DNA from: Thermodesulfobacteriota bacterium
GTDB taxonomy: Bacteria > Desulfobacterota_D > UBA1144 > Nemesobacterales > Mycalebacteriaceae
Direction of reading: 5' to 3'
Assembly (NCBI GenBank): GCA_965205855.1
Contig: OZ242184.1
Coordinates: forward strand, 32,001 to 96,000
Length of the DNA stretch: 64,000 bases
This document shows positions 1 to 8,848 of the stretch, piece by piece. Both the position numbers and the translations under genes were made by a program. Each line of letters starts with the position of its first letter. Positions within the stretch are counted from its first letter, which is position 1. The notes under the pieces were generated by a model. It saw only the letters and a list, made by a program, of their open reading frames with translations, was not told the origin of the DNA and searched no databases.

Positions 1-1312
1 TCTTTCCCGTAAGCGCGACCCTGAGCGGCTGTGCCATCTGTTTCATCTTTATCCCCGTCTCTTCGGTAATCGCGGAAAATACCGCTTTCAAACCGTCCAT
101 ATTAAAATCCCGGTCTTCCATTCCGGCAAACTTGGAATGTAAGGTTTGCAACGCTTCAAGAGTTTTACCGTTTATAAATTTGTCCTTTGCCTCGCTGTCA
201 AACTCCACTTCATCACGGAACAGAAAAACGCTTTTCTCCGCCATCTTAATAACAGTTTCCGCTCTTTCCCTGAAAAGATGATACGCCTTTTCCGCATCCT
301 CTGCGGAAACATCAAAGCCCAGGCCGGAAAGGGTTGCGCGCAGCGGGGTTGCGACATCGCTTTTTCCTTCGCGTATATGAATGGCATTGACCCAGTGCAT
401 TTTTTTCTCGTCAAAATTGGACGGCGAGGTTCCAAGTCCTTTTATGTCAAACTTCTTAATCAGTTCGGGTATTGTAAAAATTTCCTCATCCCCGCAAGAC
501 CAGCCGAGACGCGCGATATAGTTTGCGACACCAGAAGGAAGAAAACCCTGCCCGCGCAAGCCGGATACCGAAGCCGCCGCACCGTGCCGTTTGCTCAGTT
601 TTGAGCCGTCCGGCGCGAGGATAACGGGAAGATGAACAAAAGCGGGAATGGAAAAACCGAGTGCTTTCAAAACTAAAATCTGTTTCGGCGTATTAACCAA
701 ATGCTCATCGCCTCTTATCACATGTGTTATTCCGGTAAGCGCGTCATCAATCGCCGAGGCAAAATTGTAAGTCGGCACGCCGTCAGAGCGGACGATGACA
801 AAATCCTCTATGTCGCTTGTGGAGAATCCCATGTTCCCGTGAAGCAGATCGGTGAAAACAACCTCGCCAGAATCATCCTGGGATACGGCAAAACGCAATG
901 CAAAAGGGGCTTCGTCTCTCTTCCCGCGCTCCGCCCATTCTCTTTTATAGTGGAAATGCCCAGCTTCGTTTTTGGCTTTTTTCTTCTCGCCCTCAAGGTC
1001 TTCGGGCGTCATATAACACTTGAACGCAGACCCGGCTTTCAGAAGTTTTTTCGCATATTCACTGTAAATACCCAAGCGGTCAGACTGGCGTAAAGTCTTA
1101 TTTTCATCCCAGTCAATTCCAATCCACCGCAGAGACTCCTTAATTTCCAGAAGCGATTCCCCGGTTGACCGCTCCACGTCCGTGTCTTCAATGCGCAGGA
1201 CAAACTCGCCGTTGTTACGGCGCGCGAAAAGCCAGCTGAAAAGCGCGGTTCGCGCCCCGCCGATGTGAAGCAATCCGGTCGGAGACGGAGCAAACCTTGT
1301 TCTGACTTTCAC
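1..1312 (-). CDS. gltX: Glutamate--tRNA ligase, truncated by window edge
   Basis: Not in the ORF track because it runs off the edge. Manual translation from GTG at 1312 gives MKVRTRFAPSPTGLLHIGGARTALFSWLFARR...LRIEDTD, later HVIRGDEH and KLSKR (HIGH/KMSKS-type motifs). Confidence 0.97.
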   Translation of the reverse strand, partial: MKVRTRFAPSPTGLLHIGGARTALFSWLFARRNNGEFVLRIEDTDVERSTGESLLEIKESLRWIGIDWDENKTLRQSDRLGIYSEYAKKLLKAGSAFKCYMTPEDLEGEKKKAKNEAGHFHYKREWAERGKRDEAPFALRFAVSQDDSGEVVFTDLLHGNMGFSTSDIEDFVIVRSDGVPTYNFASAIDDALTGITHVIRGDEHLVNTPKQILVLKALGFSIPAFVHLPVILAPDGSKLSKRHGAAASVSGLRGQGFLPSGVANYIARLGWSCGDEEIFTIPELIKKFDIKGLGTSPSNFDEKKMHWVNAIHIREGKSDVATPLRATLSGLGFDVSAEDAEKAYHLFRERAETVIKMAEKSVFLFRDEVEFDSEAKDKFINGKTLEALQTLHSKFAGMEDRDFNMDGLKAVFSAITEETGIKMKQMAQPLRVALTGK

Positions 1313-1563
1313 TTGGAGCCGTCAAGACCGCCCAAACGGGCGAGTTCCTGCAACTCGTTGAAACCTCCGACAAATTCATCGTCTTTCAGAATAAGCGGAA
1401 CGGTTCTCCAGTTGAATTTTTCCATAAGCCTGGCCCTCTCCTCGGGGTTTTGTGTGAGGTCTATCTCCTCAAATTTTATCCCCTTGCTGGCAAGCAGCGC
1501 TTTGGAAGCTTTGCAGTAAGGGCAGGTTGTTGTTGTGTAAATTTTGAATACGGGGTTGGCCAT
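1309..1563 (-). CDS. grxC: Glutaredoxin
   Basis: CPYC active site, TVP and GG motifs, 84 aa. Its stop overlaps the gltX start (GTGA). Confidence 0.9.
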   Translation of the reverse strand: MANPVFKIYTTTTCPYCKASKALLASKGIKFEEIDLTQNPEERARLMEKFNWRTVPLILKDDEFVGGFNELQELARLGGLDGSK

Positions 1564-1677
1564 TGTTCACTCTCCAAATCGGATAGAATCAATATACTTG
1601 GCTTTGCGCAAGCGCGAAAGTATGTTTTATCCGTTTGTGCAGATTTAAGCCGCGGACAAAATCAGAGGAAATTCAAA

Positions 1678-2802
1678 TTGGACTCAAAACAGTTAAACAA
1701 ACTCTCGCCGCCGGAGCGTATTCTCATGGGACCCGGCCCCAGCAATGTGAGCAAAGCGGTCTATGACGCGCTCGCAACGCCAATCATCGGACATCTCGAT
1801 CCCGATTTTCTTACGACTATGGACGAAATCGGTAATATGCTGCGGGCTGTATTTCAGACAACAAACAAACTTACAATCCCGATGTCCGGCACGGGAAGTT
1901 CAGGAATGGAAACCTCTTTTGTAAATGTTATTGACCCCGGAGACACGGTTGTAGTAGGGGTGAACGGCGTTTTCGGCGAAAGAATGTGCGATGTCGCGTC
2001 CCGTTGCGGCGCTAGGGCTGTTCGCGTTGATGCGGAGTGGGGAGACATAATAGAGCCGGACGTTTTCATCTCCGCGCTCAAAAAACACCCCGAAGCGAAA
2101 TCGGCGGCGATTGTTCATGCGGAAACCTCAACCGGAGCCCGCCAGCCGCTTGAAGAGATAGGAAAGTATATAGCGGGAACGGACACGCTTTTTGTTGTGG
2201 ACGCGGTAACATCTCTTGCTGGATGCGACTTGAAGGTGGACGACTGGGGAGTGGATATCTGCTACAGCGGAACACAGAAATGTTTGAGCGTTCCACCGGG
2301 AATATCGCCCGTAACTTTCAGCGAAAAGGCACAAAACGCGCTTGTTGCCAAGAAAAACAAGGTTCAGAGTTGGTATATGGACCTCTCAATGATTTGTAAA
2401 TACTGGGGCAGCGAGAGGGTTTATCACCATACCGCTCCCGTATCAATGCTTTTCGCGCTGAGAGAGGGCTTGCGCGTTATTCTCGATGAAGGACTCGCGG
2501 AACGGTTTGAGCGGCATGAAAAAACGGGAAACCTGCTTTGCGAAAAACTCGCCTGTCTCGGTTTTACGCCTTTTGCGCGCGAGGGGTACCGGCTTCCGAT
2601 GCTTGCCTCGGTTTTACTCCCCAAAGGACTGCCCGACGCCGAAACAAGACGGACGCTTTTGAACGACCACGGAATTGAAGTGGGTCCGGGGCTTGGAGAG
2701 ACAAAAGGTAAAATCTGGAGAATAGGGCTTATGGGGGAAAGTTGCACATTGGAAAATGTGGAGTTGATAACGAACGCGCTCTCAAATGTTACGGTGGGCT
2801 GA
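1678..2802 (+). CDS. Class V PLP aminotransferase (alanine-glyoxylate/serine-pyruvate type)
   Basis: LMGPGPS, HAETSTG, VDAVTS and SGTQKCLS motifs. Start moved to TTG 1678 because the longer ORF overlaps grx. Confidence 0.9.
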   Translation: MDSKQLNKLSPPERILMGPGPSNVSKAVYDALATPIIGHLDPDFLTTMDEIGNMLRAVFQTTNKLTIPMSGTGSSGMETSFVNVIDPGDTVVVGVNGVFGERMCDVASRCGARAVRVDAEWGDIIEPDVFISALKKHPEAKSAAIVHAETSTGARQPLEEIGKYIAGTDTLFVVDAVTSLAGCDLKVDDWGVDICYSGTQKCLSVPPGISPVTFSEKAQNALVAKKNKVQSWYMDLSMICKYWGSERVYHHTAPVSMLFALREGLRVILDEGLAERFERHEKTGNLLCEKLACLGFTPFAREGYRLPMLASVLLPKGLPDAETRRTLLNDHGIEVGPGLGETKGKIWRIGLMGESCTLENVELITNALSNVTVG

Positions 2803-2863
2803 GCGATTTGCTCAGGTTGACTTGTTTGGAGCTTTTGTTATAATGGCAATCCCGTAATTCTCT

Positions 2864-3292
2864 ATGAAAACATACGTTGAAAAAGCGAATATCCGTTCAA
2901 GGCGGTGGCAGATTGTTGACGCGGACGGGAAAACCCTCGGACGCCTTGCGACAAGGCTTGCCACGATTCTGCGCGGCAAAAACAAGCCTGAGTTCACACC
3001 CCATGCGGACACGGGAGACTTTGTTGTTGTTGTCAATGCGGCAAAGGTTCATATGACCGGAAAAAAAGGCGAAAACAAGATGTACTACCGCCACAGTGGA
3101 TATCCGGGCGGGCTGAAATCTGTATCGGCACAAACTCTGTCTGTCGCGAAGCCGGAGGAGATTTTGAGAAAAGCGGTGTGGGGAATGCTGCCGAAAAACA
3201 AGTCGCAGAAAAAGCTGATAAAAAGACTTAAAGTTTATGCGGGAGAATCTCATCCTCATGCGGCGCAGAATCCGAAAGCCGCGGAGCTGTAG
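2864..3292 (+). CDS. rplM: 50S ribosomal protein L13
   Basis: [39 protein letters not shown]. Confidence 0.99.
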   Translation: MKTYVEKANIRSRRWQIVDADGKTLGRLATRLATILRGKNKPEFTPHADTGDFVVVVNAAKVHMTGKKGENKMYYRHSGYPGGLKSVSAQTLSVAKPEEILRKAVWGMLPKNKSQKKLIKRLKVYAGESHPHAAQNPKAAEL

Positions 3293-3312
3293 GTTCTAAA
3301 AAGAGACAAAAC

Positions 3313-3714
3313 ATGGCTACGGGTCAAAAAAACATTTTCAACGGAACGGGCAGGAGAAAAAACTCCGTTGCTTCGGTATGGCTAAAGCCCGGTTCGGGAA
3401 AAATCACCATCAACAAAAGGGATATGAAACAGTATTTTCCCCGTGAGACATGGCAGATAAAAGTAAATGAACCTCTTGTGATAACAGGTTCACTCGGTCA
3501 GTTTGATGTGTATGTCAACGTGAGAGGCGGAGGATTGACTGGACAGTCCGGCTCAATAAGTCACGGGCTTTCCAGAGCTCTTTTGAAATACGATGAGACT
3601 TTAAGGAAGAAACTGAAGTCCGCGGGTCTTTTAAGACGCGACTCGCGCATGGTGGAAAGCAAAAAATACGGCCGCAAAAAGGCACGTCGCGGACAGCAGT
3701 TCTCAAAGAGGTAA
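3313..3714 (+). CDS. rpsI: 30S ribosomal protein S9
   Basis: [18 protein letters not shown]-terminal [12 protein letters not shown]. Confidence 0.99.
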   Translation: MATGQKNIFNGTGRRKNSVASVWLKPGSGKITINKRDMKQYFPRETWQIKVNEPLVITGSLGQFDVYVNVRGGGLTGQSGSISHGLSRALLKYDETLRKKLKSAGLLRRDSRMVESKKYGRKKARRGQQFSKR

Positions 3715-3719
3715 CCTAT

Positions 3720-5075
3720 TTGCCCTCTAAACCGCCCTCCAAAAAGCCACGCAGGAAGAGCAAAGGCATAAATATCGCCTCTCCCGAAGGGAAGCTCGGT
3801 GTTCTTATTCCCGGCATAGGCGGAGCCGTAAGCACAACATTCATAGTCGGTGTCGAGTCGGTTAACAAGGGTGTCGGAGAACCTATAGGCTCCCTGACTC
3901 AGATGGGAACCATACGATTGGGCAAACGCACAGAGGGCAAAAGTCCGAAAATCAAAGAGCTTTTCCCTCTCGCCAATTGCAAAAACCTTGTCTTCGGAGG
4001 CTGGGATATTTTCCCCGAAAACTGCAATAAGGCAGCTATCAAGGCGGGTGTACTTAATCCTTCAACCCTTACGGAAGTGGAGAAAGAGACTAGTCTGATA
4101 AGCCCGATGAAGGCGGTTTTTAACAAGCAATATGTGAAAAACCTCTCCGGTAGCCATATAAAAAAAGGCAAAACAAAAATGGATCTTGCCAGACAGCTGA
4201 TTGAAGACATCGCAAGATTCAAAAAGGAAAACGGACTCAAGCGCGCCGTTATGGTCTGGTGCGGGAGCACTGAAACATACATTCAACCGAAAGCGGTTCA
4301 CTCTACCGTGGCAAAGTTTGAGCAGGGGTTGAAGAAAAATGACCCGGCAATAGCTCCGAGCATGATATACGCTTATGCTGCCATAAAATCGGGCGTTCCC
4401 TACGCAAACGGGGCTCCAAACCTGTCCGCCGATATTCCCGCTCTCACGGACCTTGCAAAGAAACACAAAGTTCCGATTTGCGGAAAAGACTTCAAAACCG
4501 GACAGACTCTTATGAAAACCATTCTGGCTCCGGGATTAAAGGCGAGAATGCTGGGCTTGAACGGCTGGTTTTCAACAAACATACTCGGCAACAGAGACGG
4601 CGAGGTGCTTGACGACCCCGGCTCATTCAAAACAAAAGAGGAAAGCAAATTAAGCGTGCTTGAATACATACTCCAGCCGGAACTTCACTCCGAGCTTTAC
4701 TCGGACTACTATCACAAGGTGAGAATAAACTACTACCCGCCGCGCGGAGATGAAAAAGAGGCGTGGGACAACATAGACATATTCGGTTGGTTGGGCTATC
4801 CAATGCAGATAAAGATAAACTTCCTGTGTCGCGACAGCATTCTCGCCGCGCCGGTTGTGCTTGACCTTGTGCTGTTTCTTGACCTCGCCAAACGGGCGGG
4901 AATGAGCGGAATACAGGAGTGGCTTTCCTTTTACTTCAAAAGCCCTATGGTTGGAGAGGGATTATATCCCGAACACGATTTATTCATCCAGCTGACCAAG
5001 TTGAAAAACACCCTGCGCCATATCGCGGGCGAAGAGCAAATCACCCATCTTGGGCTTGAATACTACGAGAAATAG
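3720..5075 (+). CDS. ino1: myo-inositol-1-phosphate synthase
   Basis: NGAP, GKDFKTGQT, NILGNRDG, YYPPRGDEKEAWD and CRDSILAAP motifs. Confidence 0.95.
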   Translation: MPSKPPSKKPRRKSKGINIASPEGKLGVLIPGIGGAVSTTFIVGVESVNKGVGEPIGSLTQMGTIRLGKRTEGKSPKIKELFPLANCKNLVFGGWDIFPENCNKAAIKAGVLNPSTLTEVEKETSLISPMKAVFNKQYVKNLSGSHIKKGKTKMDLARQLIEDIARFKKENGLKRAVMVWCGSTETYIQPKAVHSTVAKFEQGLKKNDPAIAPSMIYAYAAIKSGVPYANGAPNLSADIPALTDLAKKHKVPICGKDFKTGQTLMKTILAPGLKARMLGLNGWFSTNILGNRDGEVLDDPGSFKTKEESKLSVLEYILQPELHSELYSDYYHKVRINYYPPRGDEKEAWDNIDIFGWLGYPMQIKINFLCRDSILAAPVVLDLVLFLDLAKRAGMSGIQEWLSFYFKSPMVGEGLYPEHDLFIQLTKLKNTLRHIAGEEQITHLGLEYYEK

Positions 5076-5139
5076 TTAGAGATACCCGGAAACGTCAAGA
5101 GGTAGGAGACTGAACAAACGCTTCCGGGGTTCTCACAAA

Positions 5140-5775
5140 TTAAAATCTGACTTCCAATTTCGGGCCGATACTCAGTCCCCAAATATCGTCAATACTGTTG
5201 TCATTTGTCCACAGCGAATAAACAAACTGTCCGTCAATACCTATTGTTGCTCTCTCGGAAACTGAAAAACCAAATCCCAATTTTCCGACAAATGGTATGG
5301 ATGTTGTGGCACTGATTTTATCTCCGACATCGTAGAAATTTACTCCGGTTCCCACTCCAAGGTTGAACTCTACCGAACCGTTTCCGGCTTTCAGAACCAA
5401 AAGGGCTGGAAGCAGAATATGGTTTAAAGTTTCTCCGTCCACAGTAACCATTACATTAGCCCCTCCGCTTGTACCCGTGACATCAAATTTGCTTGAACTA
5501 ACTGTCCATCTTGGTTCAAATTCCAGGGCAAAACTGCTTTCTCCGAGAAAAACTCCGAGTTTGGGAGCCAGATAAAAACCGTTTTCTTTTACTTCTACAT
5601 TCGTCACGGTAACGCTACCGATTGTCAAGGAACCTTTGGAATCCAATTTTTGATAGGCATACCCCGAACTTAAACCAAAATAAGCTTTTGGCGAACCTGT
5701 CTGAGCCTTTGAAATACAAAACGGAAAACCCGTCAAAAACAATACAGAAACAGCGAGAATTAAAGATTTTCTCAT
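5140..5775 (-). CDS. Outer-membrane beta-barrel protein (small, OmpW/porin-like)
   Basis: Signal peptide, alternating amphipathic strands, C-terminal LEVRF. SD GGAGG 6 nt upstream of ATG. Confidence 0.75.
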   Translation of the reverse strand: MRKSLILAVSVLFLTGFPFCISKAQTGSPKAYFGLSSGYAYQKLDSKGSLTIGSVTVTNVEVKENGFYLAPKLGVFLGESSFALEFEPRWTVSSSKFDVTGTSGGANVMVTVDGETLNHILLPALLVLKAGNGSVEFNLGVGTGVNFYDVGDKISATTSIPFVGKLGFGFSVSERATIGIDGQFVYSLWTNDNSIDDIWGLSIGPKLEVRF

Positions 5776-5825
5776 TTGAAACCTCCGTTAATTTAGACTT
5801 GCACAGCTTTAAGGCGCCGGGCCTT

Positions 5826-5952
5826 GTCCACACCAAACGAAGGTTTGAAATGTTCCCGCCTATTCCCCAACGGAAGGGATCAAGCTCCCGCTTAGTCAGG
5901 TTTTCTATTTAGCAGGAGACCCGACAAAGGGTCTCCTTCGTTCAATGTGGAC
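5826..5952 (-). ncRNA. Structured leader RNA, copy A of a 3-copy family (unnamed)
   Basis: 18-bp closing helix (5935-5952 with 5826-5843, three G-U pairs). 27-nt core ACCCTTTGTCGGGTCTCCTGCTAAATA (5906-5932) identical to copy C. Confidence 0.8.
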
Positions 5953-5958
5953 GTTGCA

Positions 5959-5988
5959 ATTATAAGGTAAGAAAACCGGATAAGTCAA
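5959..5988 (-). promoter_or_regulatory. Sigma70 promoter for leader copy A
   Basis: TTGACT-18 nt-TATAAT. The closing helix begins 7 nt after the -10. Confidence 0.75.
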
Positions 5989-6043
5989 TTAAAAAAAAAG
6001 GTTTTTCCATTTTCATCCGGCTGACGGGCGAAGAATATCTAAG

Positions 6044-7285
6044 TTAATTCCGCATAAAACTGTAAAGATGTCCTCCGATTTCGGAGTTTTTCAGTTTGTT
6101 CAGAGAGTGCTTCTCAATCTGCCTGATGCGTTCGCGCGTCAGGTCAAACATCTTGCCGATTTCGTCAAGTGTAAATGTTCCCGAATGGTCTATGCCGAAA
6201 CGCAGTTTGATTATCTTCTCTTCCCTTTCGTTGAGATGGAGTTTCAACGCCTCGCGCAGTTTTTCCGAAAGGTCGTTTTTTGCCATAAGAGAGTCCGGAA
6301 CCAACTCCTCCTGATCCGGAACGGAATCAAGCAAAGTGGCGTTCTTGCCCTCAAGAATAGGTGTGTCAAGACTTATGGCGTCGTTTGTTGAGTTCAAAAT
6401 CCTTTTCACAACCTCAATGGTTATTCCAGATTCCTCGGATATCTGTTTCGGAGTCGGCTTTCTGTCCAGTTTTTTGGAAAGTTTGGCAACCGTTTTATAT
6501 ACGCGATTCGCCTGCTCAAGCAGATAAACCGGTACCTTAATTGTTCTGGTCTGCCCCTGAAGCGCCCTGAGTATGGCCTGATGTATCCACCATGAGGCAT
6601 ATGTTGAAAACTTGTATCCCTTTGTGTGGTCAAACCTCTCGACCGCTCTCATAAGTCCGAGATTGCCTTCCTGAATCAAGTCGGGCAGGGGAAGTCCCCT
6701 GTTTGTGTATCTCCTTGATATTGTTATCACAAGCCTCAGGTTGGCTTTGACAAATTTCTGTTTCATCCTCTGCGCCTTTTTTTTCTGGGCAATTCGCGCC
6801 AGCTTCCAGAGAACTTCTATTCTTTTGTTATATTCGGTCTTTTTCGCGGAACTTCTCGACATTTTCGTCTTTTTGACAAGCCGTTCAATTTTTGTAAAAT
6901 TTTTGTATGTTTTGTCCTTTTTTCTGTAGCTCCAGTCAGTATCTTCCGCGACCGCTTCGTATTTTTTTATCTTGGACGATATCTCAACTTCCTGCTTCGC
7001 TGTGAAAAGATCCTCCGAAGACATGTCCTTGAAATAAACATAAAGAAGGCGCATATGCTCATCTGGGCTGAAATCAGCCTTCTTTTTCTTTGTTTTTAAG
7101 GCTTCAAGAAAAACCTGGGCCGGAGGAGGTTCGGGAAAGTCATCGTCCGGAGAATTAGCGGTTCCCCCTATTTTCCCAAATTTGACTTCACTGTCCTCAT
7201 CCTCAGCAACGGACGATGCCTCAGATTCCAAGCTCCGGGAGTCATTTTTCATGTTTATCTTAAGTTTTTTTTCCTTATCTGACAT
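6044..7285 (-). CDS. RNA polymerase sigma-70 family factor (RpoD/RpoS-like)
   Basis: ANLRLV, DLIQEGNLGLMRAVERFD, KFSTYASWWI, TRERIRQIE. Confidence 0.93.
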   Translation of the reverse strand: MSDKEKKLKINMKNDSRSLESEASSVAEDEDSEVKFGKIGGTANSPDDDFPEPPPAQVFLEALKTKKKKADFSPDEHMRLLYVYFKDMSSEDLFTAKQEVEISSKIKKYEAVAEDTDWSYRKKDKTYKNFTKIERLVKKTKMSRSSAKKTEYNKRIEVLWKLARIAQKKKAQRMKQKFVKANLRLVITISRRYTNRGLPLPDLIQEGNLGLMRAVERFDHTKGYKFSTYASWWIHQAILRALQGQTRTIKVPVYLLEQANRVYKTVAKLSKKLDRKPTPKQISEESGITIEVVKRILNSTNDAISLDTPILEGKNATLLDSVPDQEELVPDSLMAKNDLSEKLREALKLHLNEREEKIIKLRFGIDHSGTFTLDEIGKMFDLTRERIRQIEKHSLNKLKNSEIGGHLYSFMRN

Positions 7286-7335
7286 AGTTGCAAAAACTCC
7301 GCAAAGAAAACCGCGAAATACGCTATTTATAAAAA

Positions 7336-7941
7336 TCAGGCGGCGGAGAGATTCTTCTCAACCTGCTTCCAGTTGACAACATTCCACCACGATTTGATAT
7401 AGTCGGGACGCCTGTTTTGGTAGTTCAGATAGTAGGCATGCTCCCACACATCAACCCCCAGAATCGGGGTCAAACCTTCCGAAACGGGGTTATCCTGATT
7501 TGGAGTGGAAGTAACCACGAGCTTGCCAGAATCAACGCAAAGCCATGCCCAACCGCTTCCGAAACGGGTTGCCCCCGCTTTTGAAAACTCGTCTTTGAAC
7601 GAGTCGAAACTTCCGAAAGTCTTGTCTATCTCCATTGAAAGGTCTCCCGACGGAGAACCACCTCCGTTGTCAGACATGCAGTTCCAGAAAAACGTGTGAT
7701 TCAAATGTCCACCACCGTTGTTCCTCACCGCCACTCTTATGTCTTCGGGCAGGGAATCCAGACCTTTCACAAGATCATGCGCGCTTTTTTCAAAAAGTTC
7801 GGGATGCTTTGCCAGTGCGGCGTTCAAATTCGTAACATATGCGTTGTGATGCTTGGAGTGATGTATTTCCATTGTCTTTGCGTCAATGTGCGGCTCCAAA
7901 GCGTCATAGCCGTAAGGCAGTTCGGGTAAAACATACGCCAT
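7336..7941 (-). CDS. sodA: Superoxide dismutase, probably Mn-type
   Basis: [25 protein letters not shown]. Confidence 0.95.
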   Translation of the reverse strand: MAYVLPELPYGYDALEPHIDAKTMEIHHSKHHNAYVTNLNAALAKHPELFEKSAHDLVKGLDSLPEDIRVAVRNNGGGHLNHTFFWNCMSDNGGGSPSGDLSMEIDKTFGSFDSFKDEFSKAGATRFGSGWAWLCVDSGKLVVTSTPNQDNPVSEGLTPILGVDVWEHAYYLNYQNRRPDYIKSWWNVVNWKQVEKNLSAA

Positions 7942-8160
7942 TATTCTATCTCCTTGTTATTAATATAAAAATTCGGTTTATTGCCTCTCACCAAATAGGC
8001 ATTCTATCACAAAAAATTTTAATAAGAAACAGAAAAAAAGGGGACTTATACAAAGTTACCCACTGACTTCATAATTGAACCGCTTGGGGTCGTGCCAAAA
8101 CCAACCTATACAAGAACCGTGATAAATGCCATTTCCCTTGATTTGTTCGACATTTTGACC

Positions 8161-8189
8161 TTGACAGGGCAGCCACCCCTGTATATTTT
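8161..8189 (+). promoter_or_regulatory. Sigma70 promoter for leader copy B
   Basis: TTGACA-17 nt-TATTTT. The closing helix begins 8 nt after the -10. Confidence 0.65.
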
Positions 8190-8196
8190 GATCTTC

Positions 8197-8295
8197 GGCA
8201 CTTACTCACAGATACCCGCTTGTCGGGTCTCTGATAAATAGAAAACTCTGCTTACAGAGGAATAATCAGGCTTCTCAATCTGTTGGGTAAGTGCC
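8197..8295 (+). ncRNA. Structured leader RNA, copy B
   Basis: GGCACTTACTCA-CAGAT pairs with ATCTG-T-TGGGTAAGTGCC. Core ACCCGCTTGTCGGGTCTCTGATAAATA. Inner hairpin CTCTG-CTTA-CAGAG. Confidence 0.8.
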
Positions 8296-8337
8296 AAGAC
8301 CCGGCGCTTTGCGCCCAACCATGAGGAGGTGGTAATT

Positions 8338-8706
8338 ATGGTCAAAAATGTAAAAGAAGTGGGGACGAAGATTGTAATTTGTTTGCTAATTGTTTGTGTG
8401 GTAACAAGTTGCGGCAGGATAGCATCACCTGTCAGTTCTACAATACTGGGAGATAAGGTGCTACCCTGCGAGACTATCAGTTTAGAGATAGCCGATAATA
8501 ACAAAGCTATCAGTGAATTAAGGGGTGAGGTAAAAGGTAGAAGGGCGAAGAATATCATTCTCGGCATTACTGGCTTTTTCTTGATTGTTCCGCTTTTCTT
8601 TATGGACTTTGGAAGCGCGGCGGAGACGGAAATCATTGCTTTCCAAAAACGCAATAGCGCGTTGAAGCGTCTTGCGGGTTCAAGGGACTGCGAAGCAACT
8701 TATTGA
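8338..8706 (+). CDS. Hypothetical lipoprotein with one internal hydrophobic segment
   Basis: SD GAGGAGG at 8323-8329, ATG 8338, lipobox VTSC. Confidence 0.7.
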   Translation: MVKNVKEVGTKIVICLLIVCVVTSCGRIASPVSSTILGDKVLPCETISLEIADNNKAISELRGEVKGRRAKNIILGITGFFLIVPLFFMDFGSAAETEIIAFQKRNSALKRLAGSRDCEATY

Positions 8707-8726
8707 GCGCGTTTCAACCTCTTATT

Positions 8727-8757
8727 CGCAAACCCTTGCTTCGGCAGGGGTTTTGCG
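8727..8757 (+). terminator. Intrinsic terminator-like hairpin
   Basis: CGCAAACCCTTGC-TTCG-GCAGGGGTTTTGCG (UUCG tetraloop) just after the lipoprotein gene. Confidence 0.65.
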
Positions 8758-8848
8758 TATGGGTTGGGTGGGTATAATTGACATTGTAATACAGGTTGTT
8801 GAATACATATGGGGTTAGGTAATGGGGACTTATATACCTTGTTAGACA

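Noticed and set aside
146-1519. Several plus-strand ORFs of 84-152 aa
   Set aside because: Antisense shadows of gltX and grxC with no recognisable motifs. The same applies to most short overlapping ORFs in the track.
8202-8654. 150-aa minus-strand ORF over leader copy B and the lipoprotein
   Set aside because: The plus strand has the promoter, SD, lipobox and terminator. This ORF has no such support.
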